A model generated the notes under the pieces. That model saw only the letters and a program-made list of their open reading frames with translations, did not search any database and was not told the origin of the DNA. Shown here piece after piece: positions 1 to 46,406 of a stretch of DNA of 64,000 bases. Each line of letters begins with the position of its first letter. Within the stretch, counting starts at the first letter, position 1. Source of the stretch: Amoebidium appalachense (Eukaryota > Protista > Ichthyosporea); the NCBI GenBank assembly GCA_963693365.1, contig CAVNZM010000002.1, positions 5,534,259-5,598,258 of the forward strand, read 5' to 3'. A program made the translations under genes and the position numbers.

Positions 1-56
1 TATCCCTGTCGTATTTTCCCTTTTTTTTTTTTTTTTTGTGTGTGTGTGTGTGTGTT

Positions 57-105
<49 letters not shown>

Positions 106-444
106 CTTCAAATTGGCATAGATGTGACAAGGTCTTCTTGTAAAATGTCTCTTTCCCGTTTGCCCTCGTTGTTGCCTTGACGATGTGGTGTGATGTGAAA
201 TGATGGTGTAGTATGGTGTAGATACAGACAGAGGGGGGAGGGAGGGGGGGGGGGGGGGGGAGAGAGAGAGAGAGAGAGAGATTGAGAGCGAGAGAGAGAG
301 AGAGAGAGGGGGGGGGGGGAGAGGGAGGGAAGGAGAGGGAGATGGGCATATGAGGGAAATGGGTTGAGGTGGAGGGGGGGGGGGGGGGGGGAAAGGAAGG
401 ATTATAGTTGAGTACAACATGAGGCTCACGCATGTGCTTTGCAG

Positions 445-20010
<19,566 letters not shown>

Positions 20011-20778
20011 TGGAGGGAAAAATTCACTTTGTGCATGAAAAAACACGTGCTATGCATACACACACGTGCTGCGTGGCTTTTGGTTGCTAGGTGTGATATT
20101 TAGTGCGTGACATTGGGCACGTTACGTTGCTGATTGACACCGAGTGCATTCTAATTGGTCGCGCACGTGCGTGTGTTGCAGTAGTGTGTTGTAGTAGCGT
20201 ACTGGGGAAAATCACTGTTTGCATGAAACTAGATTACACGATCTGTGTTTTGATTGGTTTGTTGGGGTGTGAATTGGGCGACACTGGGCACGTTGCTCGC
20301 GATCTCTCTTTCCAGAAAAAAAACTACATGACGGGTGGATTTAGTATTCATAGCACACGTGATAATGGGTGTGGTAACCAAGACCAAGCTTGTAACACAG
20401 GAATTTGTTATGTATATTTGCAGGTGGCAATCACCGAAATTTCGCGCACGATTTAGGCATTGGCGAATGTAACACACCCGGCCGTAATTGTACGAAGTCT
20501 TATTGGCCAAAGGCAAATGTGTTCATTGCATGGTGCTCTGCGTAAGGGGGGATCCATTCCTGATTTTGCTCGAAAATGTTTGAAAGTTTGCGGTGTGGGG
20601 TGGGGTTTATTGTAAGGTATATATTGGTTTGAGCCAGTAATTGCAGAATGCTTTACAATGCATGCGCGGGTGCATAGAAAGCACCCACCTAAAGTTGTGA
20701 ATAAAATGGTTTTGGTTTGCAATTTGTGGTTGACATGTGTTCTGCCCCAATCTCATGAAACATGCCAACCTGTCCATA

Positions 20779-20824
<46 letters not shown>

Positions 20825-21327
20825 TTCGCACGCGCGTACATGCATATGCGGCATGCATCAGATACCTAGTTCATAATTTTTTATTAGACTAGGTGACACC
20901 TAAATTTACAAGTTCCGGTTCCTACTTTTTTAGTTGTTTTATATTAACCTTTTTGTTGCGCGCCACAACTTCGCTCCCAGATTTCTATATTTGCATGGCT
21001 ATTCGAATTCTGTGCGATCGTGAGCGAATTATTGGTCCATACAGAAAAATATTGAGATTGCAATATTCCTACTTTTTCATATATATATGGCATGGGATCA
21101 TTGCACTTTTAATATATTGGCCGCTTCGCGCTTCCTCCGGCCAATCCGAATCTGATTGAGTGTGGAGGGCCCACTGGAGTGCACGGGACATATGTGTGTA
21201 TTATTCACCCTGTGTGTAATGTATGTGCATGTTCATGCCGCGTATTTGTCTCTGTGCCCATGCATGGTCGACGGTCACCGATGTACTGTGTAGGAAGTCC
21301 TGATTGATCACATGCCCCATGAATTAA

Positions 21328-21770
<443 letters not shown>

Positions 21771-21928
21771 TTAATCCCCCCGGCCCCCCTCTCTATTAAT
21801 CATGCATATGCATGAGCCTGCCCATTTGATTATTTCAACCGCCCTAGATCTAGATATCTTGCGTGCGTGCGCACACACGTCTACAGTCACGGTGCAGGCA
21901 CGACCTTTAGCCTTCCCTCTCCCCCTCC

Positions 21929-21960
<32 letters not shown>

Positions 21961-22129
21961 ACTAGGGATCCCCCCGCGGGGCCATGTACATGTACAGTAG
22001 GCCCCCCTAGGCTAATCATTTTTTGCATTAATTAATGCTCCAGGCATTTCACACTCTCTCTCAGAGCTCTCTTAAAGCTTTGCGATCCCTTGCTTTCCAA
22101 CCGTCTTAATCGATTTCACCGTGTTTATG

Positions 22130-22162
<33 letters not shown>

Positions 22163-22300
22163 CCCCTCTCCCTCTCCTCGAGCTTTCGAAATCTCGGAGA
22201 CTCTCTTTTTCTTCCTCTCCGATCCCCCTCCCCCCCCCCCCCCCCCCCCCCCCCTCTCTCTCTCTCTCTCTTTCGCAGCTCTCCGGATCCCCCCCCCCCC

Positions 22301-22331
<31 letters not shown>

Positions 22332-22625
22332 CCCCCATCTCTCCCTCTCTCTCTCTCTCTCTCTCAGCTTTCGTTCTCTCACTTTCTTTCTCACTTTCGA
22401 ACAGTTATCTAGATCTAAGCTCTGTGCTCTCTCTAGATCTGCTCTCTCAGAGTCTCTCTCTAGCTAGACCTTCTTCCCTCTTTCCAACCGAAATCAGTTA
22501 CACTATCCATGATCTATCCCTGCCACTTTTTCTGTGAGGATCTCCCTCTTCACTCGCTCTCTTTATTGATCCCTCTCTCTATCTCTCCCATTTTAACAGT
22601 GCATGTTATCTCCTTTCGGATTCGA

Positions 22626-22673
<48 letters not shown>

Positions 22674-22690
22674 CCCCACCTGCCCCCCCT

Positions 22691-22727
<37 letters not shown>

Positions 22728-23688
22728 CTCTCTCTCTCTCTCTCTCTCAGAGTCTTCCCCTCAATGTCCGGTACATTATTTATGTAGTGGTGGTGGGTAC
22801 CGCTGCAGTTACCCTTGCATTTGAGATGGTGTGTGTATGTGCGTGTGCGTGTGCGTGCGCGCTTCTGTATGTGTGTGTGTGTGTGTTTTTTTTTTTTTTT
22901 GGGGGGGGGGGGGGGGGGAAGGAAAGGGGGAAGGGATGATGTATGTATTGGATCCGGAGGGCTGAAATTTAAGGAGGACCCATCAAAAACACGACAAAAA
23001 AAAATACAAAAACAAACCCTTTACATATAAAACAGGAGGGGGAAAAAACGGTTGCAGGAAGAAGAGCCCATAATCGAGGGTTGTTCCTATGCCTCCACAA
23101 AAGAAATTAAATGGGGTTCGTCCTAACAAGCTAACGGAGCCTGTGTTCCGTGTGCATACGGGATTTGTGTAGCTTGTTTGTGATGTGTACAAGAGGTGTA
23201 TGCCCACCAAAACTTGACAACGAGCAGCCCCACTTCAATTCGATCCTCTTTGTATTTTGCACTCACGTTTCCAGCCAAGGTGGAAAACGTACACATCAAT
23301 CACAGACCATGATTATATGCACACACTGCTTTGTTTCACCATTTTACACGCAGTCACAGTGTCACCTCTAGTTCTCCTTGGACACGTTCCTTGCCACATG
23401 TTAAACACCCAAAGCAACCAAACAGACACACCCATCTAATGACCACATACAGGAAAAAAATTGCAGAGACAGCCTACACCTACCCCTCACTCATTGCGAG
23501 CATGTGCCAATGCCGAACAGAAAAAAAAATGTCAGGAAGGGAGGGAGGGGGAGGGGCTGGCTAAGAAAAAGAACACAGGAACAAAAGCCTAACCGAACAG
23601 AGGGGGAGAAAAAGACAAGAAAAAAGGGGAAAAAAGATGAAATGATAAATGAAAAACACAAATACGAAAATCAAAACAAAATATCAGA

Positions 23689-31133
<7,445 letters not shown>

Positions 31134-31283
31134 GGCGAGGTGTGTGTAAAAAGGACACGTAGCGTGCTTATCTTTGCCTCTCCCTCCCACTCCCACTCTC
31201 ACTCTCACTCACTCACTCACTCACTTTCTCTCTCTCTCCCCTTCTCTCTCTCTCTCTCTGTCTCTCTCTCTGTCTCTCTCTCT

Positions 31284-31349
<66 letters not shown>

Positions 31350-33824
31350 GTATCCACACACTCTCTCTCCCTCGCTCTATCTTCCACTATCTCTTCCCTT
31401 TGGCGTTCCTACTCTCTCTCTCCTTTATTCTTCCTGAAACGCACAACCTCTCCGAACCTCGGTCACTGCGATTACTCACGCTCACCGCGCAAGTTCTTGA
31501 AAGCCTCGCTACGTGACCGCGCGCGGAACATGCGGAAGGGGTGAGCATTGATGCTACCGAAAACGGAATGTGTTACTACACATAGATTACTATAAATAGA
31601 TATCTGTGGCCGCGGCGGGTTGGCGGCGCGGGCCCGGAACCGGCCCGGCCCGCCGTTCTACACGCTGAACCCTTGTTAGCCCCAAAAAGTGACCTTTAGA
31701 TCCATGCGCAGCTGCCTTATATAGTATGATCTGAAACTTTTGTCCAATGAAAATCGTTATCGCTCCCAATTTGGAAAGTGACTTTCGGGCCAAAAAGCTA
31801 CCTAATCGGATCGCTAAAACGGTTTGGGTCTCTGCACGGTAGTATACCTGTGACTACTGAACCGGCCCGTATGAAAGGGATAGATATACGCGGCAGCGTT
31901 TTGATTCCTTTGCCAACTTCATGCCGAGTGAAGGGAGTACTTGCTTGTGTACTTACCCACCCCAAATGAAAATTTTTGTGTTTTTCAATTTAAAGGTTTG
32001 GGCATTTCAGGGGCTGAACATTAGCATATATATGAATGACAGTGTATGCGCGCAGCGTGCATGCTTTGGTGTCATCGATTGCATGATCATGAACATATAT
32101 CCGGTTTATTTTGTTGTCAAAAAAAAGCATAAGCTATCTCTAATATATAGTAAGCTATGAAGCCCAAATACGGAACGACACCCCTCAAACAACAGTTCTT
32201 TCCATCAAAGAGCACCCCTATTTCTGGTGTTATCTCTGATCCACACCCGCGCCGCTATCTGCATACGGAGCTTATGCCCCAGTAAGCTCCTCGCCTCCGA
32301 CGCAGGAGATGGCACAAGGTATCTGCAGATCTTAGATGAGCTAATCCGATCATTTCAACCCCGGGAGCTCACAGGGTGCGAAATGTCTTGATCAGCCTTC
32401 TGGTCAAAGCGATTACCCCATCATTGTGCGAAAGTACTGTTAGCCTGGTGCCGTAAATTTAGAGGATTACAGCCTCAACCTATGCCATTGTATAAATAGC
32501 AGCACATTACCTCAACGAGAAATAAATGCATTTTTTTCATGAGAAGATTACGACTCCTGCATATGCATCAAAGGCCTCATGACAAAGTTTCTCAGCCTGC
32601 AGTGTGCACGTTGGGAGGACGTACAGCATTGGTAGCGGAAGTCGTTTCATGCTGGCAGCATTTAGGTCACATGTCTGGGGGTGTTTCTAGATGGCCGTTG
32701 GGGCGGCTTGGGGCCACGGCCTGGCCATGATGGCCCGTGGCCCAGTGAAGCTCCGCGTTATCGCTGAACTTACTGTATGTATACGTAGTAAAGACGATGC
32801 TAAAGGACGTACGTTTTTATGCCTATTATTTTGCAATGCATATATGTCTATCGATCACACTGCAGAGGATTTCGAACACCATAGCATACGTATACATGCG
32901 TCATGTGCGCATGCATATGTACTGTACGTGTGTATTCAGTATGCATGGATGCGCACATGTACATCGGCACAGGCATGTCGATGCATGTCACGTGACTCAC
33001 CATTCACATACACGCACACACACACAACTGCAAAAAATGTCTCTTAGGCACCACAATTGTCGACCACCACAACCTCGTTTTACGCATGTATTCATTGAAT
33101 TATTTAACATTTATCAGTGTATTTTGTGTAGTGCTCGTAAAATTTAAGGGCAGTTCCTAAACCTAAAATAGCCCACTATGACGATGATGATGCAGAATGT
33201 GGATCAATAGATAGGCTGGATCTAGAACTATATATATACGACATATGCGCTTATCTGTACAATGCACGCGGTCTCACTAACAAGGTCTCCTTTGTAACAT
33301 CTTTATCTCGCGAGGCCTTTTGCTTGTACTCTAGATCTGCTGTCCGGATCCCAAATCGTAAAAGGTCACTGTCCAATGATTCGATACAGTGATATGAGGG
33401 TGTTTCTGATACTGTTTCTGTACATGTCACACAAAATAGAGTTCCAAGTGCACAAAAGCGTGACGCATGACTTGACAGATGTGCCTATGGCACTTGTGTG
33501 AGTCTCATATCTTGATGTCTCGAAGCTAAAATTTAAGTATACCAAACCTGAAGTACAGTAGGCATAAGTGTAGGTCACCCGTGCAGTAACCACCTAGGCA
33601 TCAAACTCGTTTGCATCAAACTCGTTTACGCATGCTCTTCGGCGGAGTGATTTGATATGAAGTGGATTTTTTATGTAACACGCCTCTGAGTCAGGACGGT
33701 GAATGTATGTTAGCCTAATAATCGCAAATAATGTAGTCAAGAGAACTGATTTTTGCATTTATGCATGCAAACTGTGCTCTACTTAAATTTGTTTGGATTT
33801 GGAAACTAGAAAATACCGTAGAAA

Positions 33825-34793
33825 ATGCTTTTCACAACACAGAAATCATGGACAGCAAAGAGGCATGCTGTTGCCGTGGCCGCAGTACTCCTTTGCATCT
33901 GTACACTCACGCTGATTTACGTGGGCGGTGTGTCCGTCCCTACTCTAACCTATGCTTGTTCACCCACAACTACCACTCCACAAATCCAACCTCCACCACA
34001 ATCCGGCCTTTATTCCGATGGTGAGAATAACTCCGGATACGATGTTTTAACTTTTGAAACTTCTTTGGTGAATATCGCTACCAAATGCTTTAACCTCACT
34101 TGTCTGAACACAACTCTTCATTTCCGAAACAAAAATATTTTTGTTCCAAAGGAAAACACGGACATCATGGCGTGTTTAGACATCAAGTGCATATCGGTGG
34201 TAGCAAACAAAACGAACTCCAAAAATCATACAATGGACGTTGCAGAAACCCAGCTGGCTCACCCTTTGGTGACTTCCGCAAAACAGAACAAAACAGAAGC
34301 GAAAACAGAAAAGAGACAACCCACGACAGCTTCCACGTATACACTTGCAACCCCTACCAACACAAATGTAGATATAAGCCATAAAGCAGAGAACCTTTCT
34401 ACTCCATTTCAGCCGCAAAACACCACCGTGGTCAAGAAAGAAAAAACCAACTTCCAAGGTTTAAACCAAACGAAAAACGAAACATTTGTCGGAGGGGGGC
34501 GCATAGCGATTGTTACTGCGGTAGGGAAGTCTACCCAGGGGGCACATTTCAATGTGGAGGACACGTACAGCAAGATCGTCTCGTATGCACTGACCAATTA
34601 CAATGTCTATGCTCAGCGACACGGATATGCCGTTTTCTCCATCAACTCCCATATGGCGGACCCCAGCAGGAAGGTGGGTGCCTTGTTGCCTGAGTATGCA
34701 ATCTAATAATGTTATCTCACTATATATATTATTGTTATTTCTCACAAAATGTTTGGGCCGGGGCATGCGGGGGGGGGGGGGGGGGGGGGGGGG

Positions 34794-34825
<32 letters not shown>

Positions 34826-35758
34826 AGGGGGGTGGGAATCCGGAGGGAGGAGGGATTGTGTACTATAAAGTTAAAATGACATAGCCGTGACGACACGGTG
34901 ACCGTAACTGTGTGGCTTTGTCCGAGTAGCATAATGCATGGCTGTCTGAAGCATCATTCCCCTTTTTTATGGTAAAGCAAGCCCCCTCCCTCCCCTCAAC
35001 CACACCCACGCATTCTTCTACAACTCACACTAGAACAGCATAGGCGTGCATGCACGTACGCGCAAGCGCACAAGCACAAACCAAAGCGTGCCCACCTTCC
35101 CACCCATCTACATGCACACGGATATACGCACGCACGCACGCAGGCAGGCACGTAAGCACGCAAGCACGCGAGCACTCACACACACACATGTACGATTCTG
35201 AACACACACAGGGATAATCGACACACTCCCCTGTGCACACACCAAGGCCCACCCACGGGGCCCCTCCACCCTCCCACACGCAAAGCTGTTGTGTAACTAA
35301 GGCCCAAATTCGTCTAGATTCTGAAAAAGGCTTAGCACAATACTCTGAGTGATGAGAGGTAGGCATGTACACGGCCACGATTGTGTGCGCAAACAAACGA
35401 CATCCCCCCCCCCCCCCCCCCCCCTTCTTCTTCTTTTTTTTTTTTTTTTCTTCTTTAAGGCCTGCTGTGCACCTATCGTGACACGCACGGTGCATGCCAA
35501 CCCCATACCAATTCACGACACAAACACGGTCACTGAGCTTGTTTTTGGGTAGCCCTAGAAACCAGCATTAGACACATCATGTCCTACTTCTATCCCCCCC
35601 CCTTCCCCCCCTGCCCTCCCCTTCCCCCCCCCCCCCCCCCCCTGTATACCTTATCCCCCCTCCCCTCCCCTCACTCGACATGTGTGGGTGCACGCATCTG
35701 CATGCACAAACCCGCACGCACGCACGCACACACACACACGTGCACGCGCACACACACG

Positions 35759-35805
<47 letters not shown>

Positions 35806-37041
35806 AAAAAAAACACACAAACACACACACGCACGCACGCATGCACACACACGCACACACACGTACACACGCACACATACACACACGCGCATGCACACAA
35901 ACACACATACACATACACACACATACATACGCACACATCCCCTTTCCTCCCCTCCCCACCCCCTCCTTTCCCCTACCCCCCCAGAAGGTCCAGGGAAATG
36001 GACCTCCGTATATTTGCAGTCTCTGTTCGACCATTCCGTGCGCCCACACACCGCCCCTTGTGTTTTGCACATTAACCAGTCGTGTTTAATAGCACGAGTG
36101 CTCCTACCTTTCTCACCCCATAAGTATTTTTCTTTTTCTCAGTAACTTATTATTTTTTCACTCAATAGTCCTGCCGTCCAAACGTTCTTCTGCCCAAATG
36201 TCTCCCCCCTCCCCCTCCCCAACCCTCCTCCTCTGGGGGGCGCACCCATTCCTTCCCGATATCCCCCCCGCCTCCCTCCCCCTTTCCCTTTCTTCCCCCT
36301 CCCCCTCCCCATTCCAAGCCCCACATCCCCCCCCCCCCCCCCCATCATGATATAATTCACCCCCCCTTCCCCCCCCCCCTTCCCCACCATGCCTTACATC
36401 CCTGCCCGATCCTGTCAGCCCCCCTCCCCCCCCCTCCCCCCACCCACCCACCCCTCTCTCTCTCTCTCTCCCCCCCTCCCTCTCCACCCGGAACCCCTCA
36501 CAATACCTGATGATTAGCCCTGCTTTTTATGCATACTCCTTATGTGTACTTTGCATTCTGCATCGTGTTGTCGAGTCCGTCATGTATGCGAACTTTGTTC
36601 TCTAAAGCACATCCTAACCCCTCCTCCCTCCCCCTCCCCCCCCCCCCCCCCGAGGCTCCCCCCCCCCCCCCCCCCCCAATCCCCCGCAGTTCTATTGGGC
36701 CAAAATCCCAATCATCCGCCACTACCTCGACCTGGGCTTCGAGTGGGTCTTCTGGACCGACATTGATTGGCTGTTTTTGAACACCAGCGCACCAATAGAA
36801 TCGCTTATCGTCCCGGGCAAAGACATCATCACTAGCCGCGAATGCTTTAACGAGGGTCTGTTCAAAGCCATGTCCGGTACCATGCTGTTAAAGAACACAC
36901 GGATAACCCGCCACATGTTGGATGTGTGGGATGGAATGTACGCCCAGTACAAGGACAACCACAATCCGGAGCAAGATGCATTCGAGGTCTTGATGGGTGT
37001 CAATGGCTCATTTGCGCAACACCATCACGTAGGAACCCCCT

Positions 37042-37078
<37 letters not shown>

Positions 37079-37839
37079 CCCCTTTCCCTCTCCCTCTCCG
37101 CCCCCCTCCCTCTCCGCCTCCCCCCCCCCCCCCCCCCCCCGCTTCCCCTTCAACTTCCCCCTCCCCCCCCCCGCTCCTGCACTTCCATATTCTTCCCCGA
37201 TCCCCCCCCCCCCCCCCCCTCTCCCCCTCCCTCCCCCCCCCCCCCCCCCCCCCCCTCCCCCCCCCCCCCCCCAAAAAAAAGTACCACGGTCATGTTCTGT
37301 GAACCCCCCCTCCCTTTCCCCTCCTGCCACGGCCCCTGGCCAAAAATGCACCCCACTCTGACGCAAAGTACAGGGAAAATAAGCATCAATATTTGCAGTC
37401 CGGACACACACAGTCATTCACGCCCCGGGCAACACGAACCTTTGGGCACCATGTATACATCTGTACACGGTGACTTCTGCGTGGGAGCATGTGTGTGCAT
37501 GTACATTTGCATTGGTAACTCAGTGTGAGAGCAGAGAAACACTGTACGTAAACGTGTGCACCGTGCCGTGTTACACTTTTTTTTGCTGCCATAGTAATTG
37601 TTGCTAATCCGACCTGGTACGCACCACAGAACCACAATGCCAGCGACTTCATGACGTACCACTACTGCCACGGCCCAGCACGGGGCATGATTGCACAGGG
37701 CGGCCATTTTGGCATCCACTTCCCGGGCCCAGACAAGGTCGGCGTTATGCACGAATACTACAGCGAATGGCTGCAGACTCTGCCTGAGAATGAGCGACCT
37801 GCACAGTATCTCAACATGATCTTCACCCCGTTGCAATGA
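33825..37839 (+). CDS. Type II membrane glycosyltransferase, GT34 (GMA12/MNN10-like) family, paralogue A; 3 exons
   Basis: Exons 33825-34673, 36690-37028, 37630-37839 join in phase. N-terminal hydrophobic anchor, Thr/Asn-rich stem, then RIAIVT...[11 protein letters not shown]...[12 protein letters not shown]...[14 protein letters not shown] (DxD)...SGTMLLKNT...EQDAF...GHFGIHFPG. Confidence 0.85.
36506..36617 (+). mobile_element. Penelope-like element 3' fragment, divergent (copy 7)
   Basis: CCTGATGATTAGCCCTGCTTTTTATGCATACTC...TGCATTCTGCATCGTGTTG... then a C-rich tract; intron 1 of GT34 paralogue A. Confidence 0.7.
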
Positions 37840-38757
37840 AAAAAAACGGACAAGTACTGAAGTTTCCAAACTTGATACTGTTTGAGACTTGAATAGAACC
37901 CGAAGATATTATTAGGGGGGTCCAATGATTAGGCCCCGGGCAGTCCTGCAAGCCACTGGTCTGATAGTGAAGGAAGTACGTTCATTCAATTTTCAAGTTA
38001 AATTTATATCCTTTTTTGGAACCTCATGCCACGAGAATGAGAAAGCCCCATGGACATGTACCAGTGTAATCCCTTTGCACGTGCGCTATGCATGTGTGCG
38101 TGCGCTCGTGCCCGCGCGCCAATGTGCATGTGAATCCGATGGTGTGTGCGCGTGCGTGCGTGGGTTCGTGCGTGTGTGCGCGTCCGTGAGTGTCTGTGTT
38201 AGGTGTGTGTGTGCTCTTCCTCAGAAGTTCTTTTATCACACTATTTTATTTCCCCCTCCCCCCCCGATCGTCTCCGAGTCCCTATTACATATTCCTTTCT
38301 TTTGAAATGCCTTTCAAAAAACTTTTTTGGGGTGCTGTGATATCGATAGGGAGGAAATCATTCGTTCGAGAGTATCATGCTGTGCAGATACCATATGGGG
38401 GGGACGAGAGAGGGGGGGGGGGGGCAAGGCGGGGACGGGGGGCTAGGGGTAGTTTTTTATGGGCAAAATGAATGCCAAATATGGCCCACGGTTCAAATTG
38501 AGAACCTGGCCAATCCGTGCCCAAGTGTAACGTTTTGACGCCGCGGCGTGGCAAGGATCTCAATATACATGATGGGTTCGGCGAGGACTCATAGTAAATA
38601 TCCAGTCTAAACCTTCCTCTCCCTCCCCCCCTTCCTTCCCTCCTCCCAAATTTCAACCTCGGGATTCCCCCTCCCCTCCCCCCTCCCCTCCCCCCCGCCC
38701 CGCCCCCCCCCAAACACCCAAACACACACCCGCTGCCCCCCACCCCCCCCCCCGCTC

Positions 38758-38824
<67 letters not shown>

Positions 38825-39830
38825 TGCACTGTTGGAAGTAGAGTCCGCTGTGTCTAGGGTCGTCGTGGCGCGCCGGGGCTCTGACCCGTTTTTTACTGCT
38901 TTCAGTGTGTGAACTCCATGACTAAACTCCTTGTCTGCACCTGGCAGAGACGTGGGTTATATACCCGTGGGGCAGCAGTCTGGAATGGAATCCGGATTCC
39001 AGGCGCTAATCGATCCGATTCTCAAAAAAAGCACCTAAATTTTTCTTTTGGCTCGGGTTTATTGATCCGTTGATGAAGGCAACGTGCAGCCACAGGCTAC
39101 ATAACCACCAATAGAACTGAAAAAGCCAAAGCTACGAAATAAAAATAAAGCGACAAGTGACAAAGGACACCAGCGGGCAAAACCTTAAGTGTACGTGTAT
39201 GCATGAAACTAGTTTGCTCCAACTAGTCATATGCATCGATGTTGACCAGACCACACTCCGCAAGAAGACATCATTACTGCTGCTTCCCACCTCAAAACCT
39301 ACCGAAGCACAGCAAGCAAGTCAGCCTCTAAAAGAGCAATGCAGACCAAATCTGAGCTAAAAAACAATCCCAACGGGCCCGGCCCCTAGATAACCCGGAG
39401 AAACTGCACCTAGCTCTCTGATAAGGTGGCCTAGTGAGTTGTGGCAGGACGTCGACACACAGAAAAACACAGTTACAGAATGCATGCAAGCAAACCCGGT
39501 CATTGCCGTACGACTGGAGGCTAAGGACTGGCAGTCACTTGGAAAGCTCCCCGACCAAGTAGCCGCCCCTCCACTCACGCAGCGCAGAAGTAGCTGAAAA
39601 AGTTGCAGCAGCCCACCGCCAATGTTAGGTCGCGTAGAAGCGTAGACAGCGTGTAGACGTTCCCATAGGTTGCAGTGGACCACCAGGCGTTGAAGAAACC
39701 ACTTCTCAAGCGAGAAACTCCGCGAAAGGGAGATGCCCCCACACTCTCACAGCAGTAGGAATACACCAGGCCACACCACACACACGCTGCAGTCACGTTC
39801 CCCTGAGTGCAGACTCCTAGGCCTCCCACC

Positions 39831-40035
39831 ACAAAAAGAAGAAACGAAAGCCTTTATATACCTGCCATGGTGAAGAATCGGGAAAAAAAGTTGACGTGAC
39901 AGCTAAGAGATCGAAGTGAAGGTGAAGTTCCCCACAAAAAGAAGAAACGAAAGCCTTTATATACCTGCCATGGTGAAGAATCGGGAAAAAAAGTTGACGT
40001 GACAGCTAAGAGATCGAAGTGAAAGTGAAGTCCCC
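39831..40035. repeat. Tandem duplication of a 103-bp unit
   Basis: ACAAAAAGAAGAAACGAAAGCCTTTATATACC...GATCGAAGTGAA starts at both 39831 and 39934. Confidence 0.9.
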
Positions 40036-40350
40036 CCTAAATTTCTTTTGATCTATCCCAAACCCTACCTATTAAATATCTTTCATCTATCTCGGACTTT
40101 CCCACAGTGTACCTAAATATCTCCTCGAAAAATCTCCAAGATCCAGAGGCCGGGGGGGGGGCCTCACTTAGTGTGAGTATGGACTTAGGGCAGGCAGGGA
40201 GATTTGTGCACATGTACTGTAACATGGAAATGCAGTGAAAATCTGCAGCAGCAAAAGTTGGCCAGGTACGGCAAGGCAGGAGGGGGGCACAGTTAGTGTG
40301 AGTGGATCCAGAGTCTTGTACGGCAAGGCAAAGAGGGGGGGGGGGGGGGG

Positions 40351-40545
40351 TGTTGCAGGCCAAAGTGTCACGGTCGTCCAGGCCAAAGTGTCGTCACCTC
40401 TAATTAAAATCCAGGACGTCAAATTTGGCTGGTCTAGGGGAAATATCGGGCAGGCCAAAATGCACCCCCCCCCCCCCCCCCCCCCTACTACCCTGGGTGA
40501 CGGGGGGGTCAGAGGGTTTGTGTGTGGTGGGAGAAACACAGTGTG
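40351..40545 (+). repeat. Left terminal inverted repeat
   Basis: Reverse complement of 54678-54876; contains the internal direct repeat CAGGCCAAAGTGTC twice. Confidence 0.92.
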
Positions 40546-41219
40546 GGCGCGGGGGGGGGGGGGGGGGGGGGGGGGAGGGGGTATAAAAAATCATTGTCTT
40601 AACCTTCCCCCCCCCCCCCCCCCCCCCTAGTATCCCGATAACATGGAGGGAGTGCAGGGGTGCAGGGGGGTCAGGGTGTGTACTATATGTGGTTGGAGAA
40701 ACACAGCGTGTGCACGGACCTGCACGGTCTGGCCTAGATGGCAAAATTCTCCCCCCCCCCCCCCCCCCCCCCCCCCCCCAGGGAAACAGGGAGGGAGTAC
40801 ATGGGTGGTAAGGTTGCAAATATAAGGTTTACGCTGTATTTTATGGACCAGGTGTGTGTGTGTCATTCCACACACACACACACACATCAGTGTAAGCGCA
40901 TCCAGGCACGACATTATCATACTCTTTGACAGTGTATAGACTTAGTGTCCAATCATGCTATTTTATTGTGTGTGTGTGCACTGCACACACACTTCAATGT
41001 GTCAAACTAAATCACACCCAGACTTGTTATTGTATCGTGTGTGTGTGCACTGCACACGCACTTCTTAACGTGTTGAAATATACTACACAAACAAACTTAT
41101 ACACACATACACAGTGAAGAGCGAGCAAAGTTTTTGGAGGAAAAAAAACTAAACACCTGTCTTTACCATACCCGTTATAGATACCAATTACTTTTACCAT
41201 TTACATTTAAGGTGTTCGA

Positions 41220-46356
<5,137 letters not shown>

Positions 46357-46406
46357 TCTGCAAAAAAAAAAATTAAATAAAATGAATACGCCTACTAGTA
46401 GTCACA

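Noticed and set aside
39157-39832. Short non-repetitive ORFs left of the TIR element
   Set aside because: No recognisable motif or consistent exon chain.
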